NCBI GenBank assembly: GCA_043228905.1
Contig: JBHGNT010000013.1
Location: 2,232,001 to 2,296,000, forward strand
From: Azolla caroliniana
Taxonomy: Eukaryota; Plantae; Polypodiophyta
Direction: 5' to 3'
DNA length: 64,000 nt
The stretch's first letter is position 1; the number at the start of each line of letters is the position of its first letter. Below the pieces are notes generated by a model that was not told where the DNA came from, did no database searches, and saw only the letters and a list, made by a program, of their open reading frames with translations. This document shows, in pieces, positions 37,311 to 49,400 of this stretch. Position numbers and translations under genes: made by a program.

Positions 37311-37825
37311 CAGCCTAGTAGAATTTGGGCATGCTCTTCTCCTCCTCCTTTGCCCTTGCAGCGTCGACAATCGATCGTTGCGTGACTCGGGTGGGAACCA
37401 TTGGGGTTTTGGACCAGGAAGAGAAAGTATTTGAGACGAGTTTATAGTTATGGATAGATTATTAGAAAGAGAGATAGAAATTTCGTGAATCCCACGAGTG
37501 TATTGTATTCGATTAATCAATATTTAGATAAGAATATGTAAAAGATTGAAAGAAAGAGATTAAAAAGAACTTGTGAATCCCACAAGTATAGATTATGTCG
37601 TGAATCCCACGAATATAGTTTGTTAATTGGTGTTTTAGCAAATATATCCAATTTCCAAATAATCCACACACTTATTACATTGTGTTCCCCATCCTTATAT
37701 GGTGATGAGAGAGTCTTCACAATCCATGCTTAAACTTTATGCTTTTCCTATCCATAGACTATATGCTTTATTTAACATGCTTTTTCTAAAGTGATCATGC
37801 TTTATTCAACAAAATTGGCCAAACT

Positions 37826-37897
37826 GGGGCGTTGCGAGAATCGAACTCGCGGCCTCTCGCACCCAAAGCGAGAATCATACCACTAGACCAAACGCCC
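37826..37897 (-). tRNA. tRNA-Pro (UGG), duplicate copy
   Basis: Identical to 35973-36044, within a ~565-bp duplicated block (35953-36517 vs 37806-38371). Confidence 0.95.
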
Positions 37898-39564
37898 ATT
37901 GATGATAATGTGATAATGATTTTGTTTAATATTTATGTCTTTATACATCACTTTACTCTAAACTCCTTTCTACGTATTAATTTCAAAAGAGCCCCTTTTC
38001 TACGTTCTACATTTATTGCATACATTGATAGAGATTTATATAAATCCTATTCATTACAGCTTGATGAACAACCAATAATACATCTAGGCTATTTAAGATT
38101 TAGTTTTGGCTGAGTAAGGACCTTACGGTTTGGTAAGGTTATGTTTTACGCATTTTAAGACATACTAGAACCTTGCTAATGATTAGACAATGTAAGAAAT
38201 AGTGAGTATTTCCTTCCGATTGAAATGTGCAAGAAAAGAATTTATTTGTCATTGCGTATTTAGGATTGATACACAAGATAAACCCAATCACTACTCTCCA
38301 AATAAAGATATTTGCTTGAAATTCTAGAACTTACACTATAGGATATTCCCCCACCCACGGTGAGTTTTGATTACATGCCAAATTTCATTCAACCTTGAAG
38401 TGATCCCATGGAGTAACAATGCCAAATAAATATTAGCGGTTACTTGAAATTTTGAGCTCTTCCTTGTAAACACCAATCTAAGCACTATTGCTCTTCTATC
38501 CACATATTTAAGTGGCCCTACCTTAATGATAGAGTTTGCAACTTCAATCAATTAAACGTACATGTTGGTGTAATGCACAGTAAACATATTGCATCATGTA
38601 ACTAGGAGTTACGTTTCACTTTACGAGATGGGAATACCCACTTGGATAAAGAAAAGACTTCTTGCCAATACCTTATCAATGTTTAAGGGTATGTAGAGTA
38701 GGGAACTTTACGGGGATTAGTTCTATTGAGTATTGACCTTTACACCACCCCTTAATTATAATACTCAATCAAATGTTGTAGAAGAATACACAAGAATTCT
38801 GATTGCAAACACACGTCTTGCTACAACGAAAATTGATAAACCATCAACCTCGCTTGCTTGGTGATTAGTTTTCTCTCTACACCATCTTATTATCCTTTGA
38901 TCACCTTGGATTGAATCACACAACCCGATGATAGATGGCAAATTTAGTCCATTATGCTCTCATCAACATGTTGTCAGTTTGTAACTAATTCCTCTCATCT
39001 AGGAGTCGATGCCCTTCCTTATATAGGCCTAGTATGAGAAACTTCAATGTCTACTCCAACGTTCATTCTTGCTCCAACCACAACTTTTACTCCAAGAGTT
39101 GGCTCTGTCCCGCTTCGGTTACAACATCCAATTTGTTAGCTAACTCTATCTTTCATCACACTAGTTCGGCCATGACATTTATTACTCTAGTGACGAAGAG
39201 TGCATATGTGTCTATCCTTGATTCCAGGAGGGTCGATGTGTACACGTGTTATTGACCACTCCCTATAATCATCCTACTTTTATTACGAGTGTAGTTACGT
39301 CATACTGAGTTGTTGTGGGTTAATTCACGTTAGAAAGAGGGAGAGGATTGAAGACATTCAACTCTACGACACTCTCTTTCTAACCTTCTCTTGAATTATT
39401 ATTTTCATCTTTTACTTATATAGAATAAAACTTCGGTTAAACGTGCCATTCAATTAAACGTGCTTTTTTTTGAAGGCCAAAATCTAGATAAAAAAATAGC
39501 ATTGTTTCATGAAAAAATTACTTCAATCCAAATCAAAACTATATTCCAAACATTCAATTTAATA

Positions 39565-40790
39565 CAGTCATTCTTCTCTTATCATTTCATTCCTCTCTTC
39601 TTGTGATCTCGTTATATCTTTCTTCTATCACTCTGTCTTCTATCTTGGTTCTGACCGTTTGATTCGAATTCCTCTCTCTCCTTTATCCTCCTCTATAAAC
39701 ATCACGAAACCATGGCTGCCATTAACTCAAAAGAATATCTCACCCTTGTTGTTGAAATGGAGAAACTTAAATCCAAGTTCGCATCTCCTGAATTAGAGAA
39801 TCAACGTCTTCTTGGAGATCTACAAAAGGTTACTGTGGAGAAGCAACAACAACAAGAGGAGTTTACGCGACGGGTGCAAGAACTAGAGACAACAATCATA
39901 ATTTTACAACAACAAAGGGGCGGAGGTCAAGGAATTATCAAGGAGCCCAAAATCAGCCTTCCCGTTAAATTTGATGGTTCGAGGGCGCATTTCCGAGGTT
40001 TCTTGAATCAAGTGCGGTTCGTAATTCAAATGCATCCCACGTGTTATCCGATAGATGCATCTCGAGTTGGGTTAGTGGGAACCTTATTGACTGGCATAAC
40101 GTTGTTGTGGTTTGCTCCATTATTAGAAACAAATTCTCTTCTACTCCATAATTTCGAAGAATTTGTCAAAGAATTTAAGGCTTGCTTTGGAGATACGGAT
40201 GGGGCAAGAACCACGATCAACAAGATTTGTACACTACGTCAAGGTGATCAGCCAACATCAACATATGCAACCAATTTTTGGCTCATCGCAAGCGATATTT
40301 CTTGGGACGAACAAGCCCTAATTGAGCAGTTTCATTCCGGTGTTCTTAGCAATGTAAATGAATGACTTCTTACATTCCCCGAGGATCCACAATATCTTAC
40401 TGAAGCTATTAGTCGAGCAATACGGTGCGATAATCGTCTTTTTGAGCGTCGATGTGAAGGACAACAAATAACAAGATCAAGATTCACACCAACTTATGCT
40501 CTGTCTCGATAATCATATCTCACACTTCGGGGTGGAATTCCGGCTTTGAGAATCAGAAGCAAATTCTCCTAGGACCATCAAAGCCTGAAGCAACAACAGT
40601 TTATGCCACTCCGCTTGAATCAAGCCTTGTGGATATTATTCGGCAACGTCTTCATTCTGATGATTTCGCTCAGGATGTCTTACCCCACATTAGGCCAGGC
40701 CATGCATCTTGCTTGACTTTGCAAGGGTTATCTCAACACTATCAGGAATTCAAATGCCATGATGTCTTACTCTTTTACAACAATCTCCTT
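39565..40790 (+). mobile_element. Chromovirus C-family remnant: LTR end, gag (39712-40500), pol scrap
   Basis: LTR end resembles 33700-33812; gag KEPKISLPVKFDGSR... Confidence 0.8.
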
Positions 40791-40833
40791 GTGAAAGTTC
40801 CTTGTGAAAGTTAGCGTGTGGAAGCATATGCCA

Positions 40834-43800
40834 TGTTGGCCGGTCAGAAGAGCAAGGACAAGTGGGAAGGCGGAATCGGATCGGATGATAGGAAGTAAAT
40901 AATAGTAGAATTATTATTCGGAGGGACGGATTCGGTACAGTTGTACCAATCCGGATCCGAACCGATTCGGATGTCGGTTGCCTAAGCGCACCGATTGTAA
41001 CCTTGCCGGATGCCTATAAAAGGATCCGATGATTTGTAAAGTGTTGGGACGGTAGTAATACAATAGTATTTAATGTGTATTTATCTGTATCTCGTAATAC
41101 ACTTGAGGCGGAGTCGGAAAGCGACGGAAGCGTTGCATCCCGGTATAAAAGCAGCCACGACACACCAAACGACCGGGAGGACGAGGGGTCGGAAGACTCA
41201 GTAACACCGGCGCCAGAGGAAGAAATAACCCTGGATTTCGGTGACCGGCAACCACCGAGGAAGGCTGACCGGATACCGACAACAACCGCAAGGGAACCGA
41301 AGGAGCGGATACCGACAACACCCGCGGAGGAACCAACGAACCGGACACCGGCAACACCCGCGGGGGAACCAAAGGTTCTCACACCAACGCCAATAGCGGA
41401 CAGAGAGCGGAGGAAACAGGAGAGTCAGTTGGAAGACACGATGCCGTACCCATACCCAAAGTACCGGGATGATGCCGACGCGGAGGCACACGTGTACGCA
41501 TTCCTCCAAACATGGGAAGCCAACCATATCTTCCAAAGACTGACGGAGCCCGAAGCCGAACGATCTAAAATCGCCGAATTCGGCATAACCTTAGAAGGAC
41601 TGGCGGCCCAATGGCACGCAAAGCACTTACCAGGCACCTTTGCCACATTCGATGCCTTGAAAGCCAGATTCCTCAGGTTTTTTCACAGACAATTTGAGCA
41701 AAGGGAATTGGTCGGGCAGTTCTACACCACCCGGCAGGAAGAGAACGAGACTATGCCACAATTCATCATTCGGTTCCAGACCCTGCACAGCCAACTGACA
41801 AGAGCACCACCCGAAGACGAAGCCAAAGCAGTCTTTCTGGCCGCACTGAAAGAGCCACTTCGAACAATGTGCGGAGTCCTTGATTTCCAAACCAGCACAA
41901 TGGACCAAGTTATTGATCGGGTTTTAGAAATGGACAAGACTAGCCCCTTCTTGTCGATGGGGATGTTACACCGGGCACTCCCAAAGGAGGAAGACCTGAG
42001 GTTCCGACAGGCCTTACAATGCACAACATGCCTAAATTCGGGGCACTCAACAGTGGACTGCACCCTGCGGACACAATGTGTGATCTGCAACTCTCGAACC
42101 CATACAACGGACCGATGCGAATATAACCTGTTAAATCGGCAGGCAGCACCGGTTCGACACATAGAACCGCGCAATTAGAACCCGGACGAGGATCGATTCC
42201 GGAGAGACGACCGCTACCAACGCGAACGCGGTAACAGATACACTGATAGAAGACGCGACAACTATGACCGAGAGGAGAGACGCAGAGATAGCTACCCCCG
42301 GGACCGGTACGACAGAGACGAATCCCCGGAAGACGACCGACGCATAGAAGAGAGGCGACAAGGATACGCTGACACAAGACGCGACAACTATGACCGAGAG
42401 GAGAGACGCAAAGATAGCTACCCCCGGGACCGGTACGACCGAGACGAAGCCCCGGAATACGACCGACGCAGAGAAGAGAGGCGACAAGGGAACCGAAATT
42501 TCCGACGGAATCAGAAGCGTGGATTTTTCCGAAGAGAGGAACGTCGGGAGGCAGCAAGGAATGACAACCCGGTATCGGTACCGGATAACCGAAAAACCGA
42601 AGATGACCGCCGGAGCATACCCACCCTCCAAACCGGGGACAAAGCAGAAACAAGCAACAGTCACAAGGTGTACTGTTATTACTGCCGGAAGGAAGGCCAC
42701 TATAGTAACCAATGCCCAAGCAAAAGCTATGACAAGCAGCCGGAAGTCAACATGGTTACAGCCGAAATAACAGAAGTACAACAGGTCACAACCCGGTCAA
42801 AGGGAAAGACCGCCGAGTGGGAATCCCAGGAGGCAATCAGAAAACAAGTGACACAAAGGATCAAGGAGGCCAATGAACAGAATGCGGCAGAAGTAAGAGA
42901 CCAAAATATGCCAAAAGAAAAAGAAATCATATAGCCAGGAGAAAACCCGACGTGGCAAGTGCTACAGGACTGTCAAATCGTGCTTCCGTTAGCACGACTA
43001 CTACAGTTAGTGCCACGATTTACGGCAGACCTACAGGCATCTGTCAGCAAACCGAAGCCGACACCAGCACCGGCATTCTTCTCCAACCCGGAGGAAGGAC
43101 CAGCGGTGGTCGATACAAGTAGCCCGGCGATCACGGCAATCGTGAAAGGAAAGGAAATTGCTGGAACGATTATTGACGGAGGCTCCGGGGTAAATGTCAT
43201 CAGCCAACAGACATGCACCGACCTGGGCATCCGGGAATGGGAACCATGCCTCTTCTGGTTACGCATGGCGGATACTAGCTCAGTCCGATCGACCGGGCTT
43301 ATCTGGGACTTGGAAATAACGATCGGAGGCCACGTATTCCGGATATCGGCCGTGGTGCTGTAGCTGAATGTACAAGGCGTGTACCCCCTACCGCTAGGAC
43401 GACCATGGCTGCGAACGGCGCATATCAAGCAGAACTGGCAAAAGAACATGATCACATTCCGGCGAGGGAAAACAAAGGTACGAGTAACGACGCAACCACG
43501 GGTGAACACCAGTAAGGAAGCAACTCCATTGTATGCGGAAAGCATTAACATGTTGGAGGGATTACCGGACGAGGAAGTCGAGCGGTACCTCGAGGAACAC
43601 CCACAAATCGTCCCACTATTTGAGGTGGATATCACGGCGGCAGTAGAACCGTACATTACGACCCCGGAAGAACCGGACCAAGCGGCGATCCGGGAACTGC
43701 GACAAGCGCAGGAATCCCTAGAGAGGGAAATGACGATATCCCAGAGGGTAAAAGCATCCCAACTAGAGGAGGTGGACCTCGGCACAGCAGACAAGCCCCG

Positions 43801-46430
43801 ACCGGTAAATGTTGCAAAGGAATTGCCGAAGGAAGAAAAGAAGGCAATGGTAGCATTGTTAACAGACTTCAAGGATGTGTTTGCGTGGTCGTACGAAGAC
43901 ATGCGAGGGCTGGACCCCCAGCTCTATCAGCACCAAATTCACCTAAGTACGGACGCGAAACCGATTGCTCAACGCAAGTACCGGATGAATCCGAATTATG
44001 CGGCAAAGGTGAAGGAGGAAATTGATAAGCTCCTCCGGGTCGGATTTATCCGACCGGTCAAGCAGGCAACCTGGCTAAGTCCGATAGTGGTGGTCCTGAA
44101 AAAGAACGGCAAAATCCGGGTATGCGTGGACTACCGAAAACTAAATGCCGCAACAGTGACCGATGCGTTTCCACTACCATTTACGGACGGGGTGTTAGAT
44201 GCGGTAGCCGGGCACGAAGTTTACAGCTTCCTGGATGGATTTAGCGGCTACAACCAAATACGAATGAACCCGGCCGACCAAGAGAAGACAGCGTTCGTGA
44301 CGGAATGGGGAGTGTTCGTCGCGGTCGTGATGATGTTCGGACTAAAGACGGCTCCAGCGACCTTTCAAAGGATAATAATGGAAATTTTCGGGGAATATAT
44401 CCCCGGTTTTATGCTGGTCTTCCTTGACGATTTCGCGGTCTACAGCCGGCACGGAGAGCATCTCGATCACCTCCGGTTGTGCTTGGAGAAGTGCCGCGAG
44501 TACCGATTGAGCCTGAATCCGGCCAAATGCGTCTTTGGAGTGGCAAGCGGCAACTTGCTAGGGCACGTGGTGAGTAAGGAAGGAATCGCGGTAGATCCGG
44601 ATAAAGTCAAGGCGATTCTCGATGCACCAGCACCAAGTAGCGCAAAGGCTTTAAGCCGGTTCCTGGGCCAAATAAGGTGGCATAGCCGGATGATACGGCA
44701 CCTCGCGGACTTCGCTACACCGTTACATACCGCCGTACATAGGGTACCCTTCCTATGGGCAGAGACGGAAGAGGAATCCTACAAAGCGTTGAAGGTTATG
44801 CTGTCGCAAGCTCCGGTGGTGCAACCGCCGGATTGGAGTAAAAGCTTTCACGTCTTCGTCGACGCGTCGGACGTAGCAATCGGCAGCGTTCTGATGCAAC
44901 TCACAGAGCCGAAATGGTACCGACCGGTGTACTACGCAAGCCGGAAACTCTCAAAAGCCGAACGGAATTACTCTACGACAGAACGCGAGGCATTGGGAAT
45001 GGTGTATAGTGTCACAAAGTACAGGCACTATCTGCTCGGAAGGAAGTTTTCCTTCCATGTTGACCATTCGGCACTACTCTACCTGGTCTCGAAGGCATCC
45101 CTGACGGGAAAAATTGCACGGTGGACACTGCTACTACAGGAATTTGAATTCGACATTTTCCACCGACCCGGGGCGCAGCATGCGGTAGCGGACTATCTAA
45201 GCAGACTCGAATCCGGAGAAGCAAGGGACGGCGTCCAGGATGAGTTTCCCGACGCCGAATTGTTCCGGATCACGACGAAACCGGCAACGGATACAACGGT
45301 AGCCGATGAAGACACATGGCTAACTGAGATGCATCAGTTCCTGAGCACCGGAGTTCCCCCGGAGAACATGGACCGCAATGAAAGGAAAAGGGTAGCAGTA
45401 AGAAGTAGACATTTCTGCTTGGTTGGAGACACCCTCTATCACAAGGGGGCAGATGGCATCTGGAGACGAGCAGTGCGGAGTGATGAGAAGGATCTAATCC
45501 TCAGGGAAGCCCATTGTGGAATTGCCGGCGGGCATTATGCCGGCGACGCAACCGCTCGGAAAATATGGCAGAGCGGACTGTGGTGGCTGACGACCCTAAA
45601 AGATGCCGTGAATAATAGCAGAGAATGCGATTTGTGTCAACGACTGGGCGAACCCACAGAGCAGGCCCGGATGCCACACCACCCGGTCTTGCCCTTAGAA
45701 CCGTTTCAAAAGTGGGGGTTGGACTTTGTCGGTCCCTTCAAACCACCGGCAATGCGAACCGGAAATCGGTATGTCATAGTGGCGACCGACTATTGCACCA
45801 AATGGGTAGAAGCAAAGGCCTTACGGGACAACACGGCCGCGTCCACGGCAAAGTTTCTGTACGAATGCATATGGTGCCGGTATGGATGCCCAATCGAGCT
45901 TATAAGTGACCAAGGAGGACATTTTCTCGGGTAGGTAGTAGAAAGCCTGACGTCATTTTACGCGGTGGTACATAAAAAGAGTACACCCTAGTACCCTCAA
46001 GCCAATGGACTAGCGGAATCAACGAACAAAACTCTGCAGAACAAAACTCTACGGAAAATCGTCAACGAGAACCGGACCGACTGGGATACCAAATTGCAAA
46101 GCGCGCTATGGGCGTACCGAACAACGTACAAAACCAGCATCCGGACAACCCCGTTCCGACTAGCATTCGGGTTAGAAGCGGTCATGCCGGTAGAGTTCCA
46201 GATCCCCAGCTTACGGATTCAGGTGAAGGAGCGCTTAAGTGAGAACGAGTCCGAACGAATCCGGCTGGCAACGTTGTTGGAATTAGAGGAAAACCGAATA
46301 GCCAGCTTACTACAACTCGAATTGGAGCAAAGGAGGAGAAAAGCCTTCGTGGACCAACACCGGTGTCGCAATGAAAAGGAGTTCGAAGTCGGGAAACCGG
46401 TGCTACTATTCCAAACACGGATGGGGAACA
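40834..46430 (+). mobile_element. 5' part of Gypsy A (truncated 5' LTR, gag with CCHC knuckles, PR, RT, RNase H, integrase); Phygy/Athila-like
   Basis: LTR 40834-41096 preceded by TGCCA. CYYCRKEGHYSNQC, IIDGGSG, VCVDYRKLN, VFLDDF, VDASD, HHCC zinc finger, WGLDFVGP. No chromodomain. Confidence 0.92.
43379..45934 (+). CDS. Gypsy A pol segment (RT-RNase H-integrase), bounded by premature stops
   Basis: 851-aa open frame with canonical motifs. Confidence 0.85.
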   Translation: MYPLPLGRPWLRTAHIKQNWQKNMITFRRGKTKVRVTTQPRVNTSKEATPLYAESINMLEGLPDEEVERYLEEHPQIVPLFEVDITAAVEPYITTPEEPDQAAIRELRQAQESLEREMTISQRVKASQLEEVDLGTADKPRPVNVAKELPKEEKKAMVALLTDFKDVFAWSYEDMRGLDPQLYQHQIHLSTDAKPIAQRKYRMNPNYAAKVKEEIDKLLRVGFIRPVKQATWLSPIVVVLKKNGKIRVCVDYRKLNAATVTDAFPLPFTDGVLDAVAGHEVYSFLDGFSGYNQIRMNPADQEKTAFVTEWGVFVAVVMMFGLKTAPATFQRIIMEIFGEYIPGFMLVFLDDFAVYSRHGEHLDHLRLCLEKCREYRLSLNPAKCVFGVASGNLLGHVVSKEGIAVDPDKVKAILDAPAPSSAKALSRFLGQIRWHSRMIRHLADFATPLHTAVHRVPFLWAETEEESYKALKVMLSQAPVVQPPDWSKSFHVFVDASDVAIGSVLMQLTEPKWYRPVYYASRKLSKAERNYSTTEREALGMVYSVTKYRHYLLGRKFSFHVDHSALLYLVSKASLTGKIARWTLLLQEFEFDIFHRPGAQHAVADYLSRLESGEARDGVQDEFPDAELFRITTKPATDTTVADEDTWLTEMHQFLSTGVPPENMDRNERKRVAVRSRHFCLVGDTLYHKGADGIWRRAVRSDEKDLILREAHCGIAGGHYAGDATARKIWQSGLWWLTTLKDAVNNSRECDLCQRLGEPTEQARMPHHPVLPLEPFQKWGLDFVGPFKPPAMRTGNRYVIVATDYCTKWVEAKALRDNTAASTAKFLYECIWCRYGCPIELISDQGGHFLG

Positions 46431-49400
46431 AGTCCATAAAGGACTGACAAAAATACTGATGGGTACTTCGTCCAAGCATCGAATACAAGGTTCTTGGCGA
46501 GCTGTATGCTGCTTACGTTGTCACAATAAATCAAGATTGGGCTCAGCACCGCGATCAAGAGGTCTCACAGGAGTTGCCAACGCTAGATGGCTTCACAGGT
46601 GGCGATGGTAGCACCCGGGTATTCAGCCTCAGTGCTCGATAGAGCCTCTCTTGGCTGCTTTTTGCTGCTCCATGCAACAACCGCCCTACCAAGAGACAAC
46701 ATGTAACCGGAGGTGGATTCGCGATCTGAAGCATCACCAGCCCAGTCGGCATTGGTATATCTGACTAGCTTCCCAACGATACCATGTTGGTATAATAGTC
46801 CCCGGTCCTTCATGCCGCTAACATACAAGAGTATCTAGTGTGCGCACTAAAGGTGCTCGACGGTCAGCTTTTGCATGAACTGGTTGATCACTCCGACCGG
46901 GTAATTGATGTTCGGTCGAGTGATTGCCAAGTATATGAGGGTTCCGACAATTAATCGGAACTGTTTCTCATCGCAAGCCGGACCGGAGTCGGGATGAGGA
47001 GTACCTGGCTACGAAGAGCCGGATGGTGTAGACCCGGTATGAACCGGATGAGGAATACCCGGCTACGGAGAGCCGGATGATACAGACCCGGTATGAAACG
47101 GATGAGGAGTACCCAGCTACGGAGAGCCGGATGGTGCAGACCCGGTATGAACCGGATGAAGAGACATATTCGTAAATATGTTTCTGAGAGTCCATCGAGG
47201 CTATATTTGTAAATAGCCGAAAAGTCATATTAGTATAAATATGACTTAGCGCAAACTTTTAAGATGAGTTGTAGTTGTTATTTTCTTGTTGGTGCAAGAA
47301 GAGAGAGCGTGTAACAGTGTACAGGTTGAGAGAGAGAGAGAACGAGGTCGTTGCCTCTGTTGTAACCACCGCCTGTGGCGAAGATCGTGAGCACGAGGTC
47401 GTTGCCTCCGTGAACTCACTATTTGTACATTCCAATATAGTGATAGTTTGCAGCCTGTGGGCTGCCGTGGTTTTTCCCTCAGTTTGGGTTTTCCACGTAA
47501 ACATCCTATCTACCTTTTCTCTCCTCTGTGTCGTGCATTTGTTTCCCGTTTTCTGTGTATGATCCTAAGCTCGGTTGTGGCTGAGCGTTGCACAAAGGAA
47601 GCATTGAGTTCCCGTCACGATGCTCGAACTCTAGGAATGCTTCCGTTGCACTTCGGTGGGTCTTCTCCGATGCCACCCATTCATCGAACGCTCGCCGATC
47701 TCATCCCTTCAATCTCTCGTAGTCATATGCCTCTCGTAAAGCTTCTTCAAAGGACCCCCATGTTGGGTTTTGTTGCCGTATCTTGTCGATTCTCTCTTGT
47801 AACCCATCTGTGACTACCCGGCTGAAGGATATCACTTGCAATTCTTCCGGTATCCCACATCGCCTCAACGCTACCTCGTATTTACGTAGATAGCGTTACA
47901 CATCATTTCCGTTGAATTGTCCGTTTCTTTGCACAAACCACTCTATTGCCGACTTTATCTCCGACATCGCACGTTGCTCTTGTTGCAGCCGCTCAATTAT
48001 CATCATCATTATGGTCATCGCCTCTTGTTGATTCTCCATCTTCTTGCCACCCGCTTTCACGTCGGGTCACCAAAGGTGTCGTGCCTTTCAGCGCCAAATC
48101 GTTTCGTGAGTCGGGTGGGAACCGCTGGAGTTTTGGACTAGGAAGAGGAAGAATTTGAGACAAGTTTATCGCTATTGATAGATTATTAGAAAGAGGGATA
48201 GAAATTTCATCAATCCCAAGAGTGTATTGTATTCGATTAATCAATATTTAGATAAGAATATGTATTTAGATTGAAAGAAAGAGATTAAAAAGAACTTGTG
48301 AATCCCACAAGTATAGATTATGTCGTGAATCCCACGAATATAGTTTGTTAATTGGTGTTTAGGAGATATATCCAATTTCCAAATTATCCACACACTTATT
48401 ACATTGTGCTCCCCATCCTTATATGGTGATGAGAGAGTCTTCACAATCCATGCTTAAACTTTATGCTTTTCCTATCAATAGACTATATGCTTTATTTAAC
48501 ATGATTTTTCTAAAGTGAACATGCTTTCCCTAATATGTGCGTTTTTTATTGACTATAGTGTTCATGCACGCTACATGTGCATGTGTAGCCTTTTCTTTTA
48601 TCATGCGTTCTTCTAAAGTTTATCCTAACGTGAACTTACGTTTTTATGTGGGACATCTACTTTTTAACACTAATGAAATGCTAGTGAAATGGTAAGACAT
48701 TACATTATTAACATGGAGGTGCAAGGTTCGAATCTTGCCCTATGCGTTCTTCTCCGGATCTTGAACCGAATCAACTTCCTCCGATTCAATCCAGGTTTTG
48801 TCCGAGTTGGTAGTCTCCAACTGGTCTTCCGTTTTTAGGCCCTTCACAGGTGGCGATGGTAGCACCCGGGTATTCAGCCTCAGTGCTCGATAGAGCCACT
48901 CTTGGCTGCTTTTTGCTGCTCCACGCAACAACCGCACTACCAAGAGAAAACATGTAACCGGAGGTGGATTCACGATCCGAATTATCACCAGCCCAATCGG
49001 CATTGGTATATCCGACTAGCTTCCCAGCAATACCATGTCGGTATAATAGTCCCTGGTCTTTCGTGCCGCTAACATACAAGAGTATCTAGTGTGCGCACTA
49101 AAGGTGCGCAACGGTCAGCTTTTGCATGAACTGGTTGATCACTCAGACCGGGTAATTGATGTTCGGTCGAGTGATTGGTGTCATGATATGGCAAGACTCG
49201 AACCCATGACCTTATGCTACATGGGTCGAGCTCTTGACCATTAGATTATACATTGTAATACATAGAATATTATTTTCATTTATGTTTTATTATAGAAAAT
49301 TGATGTATATTCCAGATTTGTCTGGAACATTCTAGAAACTTCAGGAGTATTCCCTAGAACACTATAAAAGGAGGCACAAGGTATTATTTGGAACCAAATC

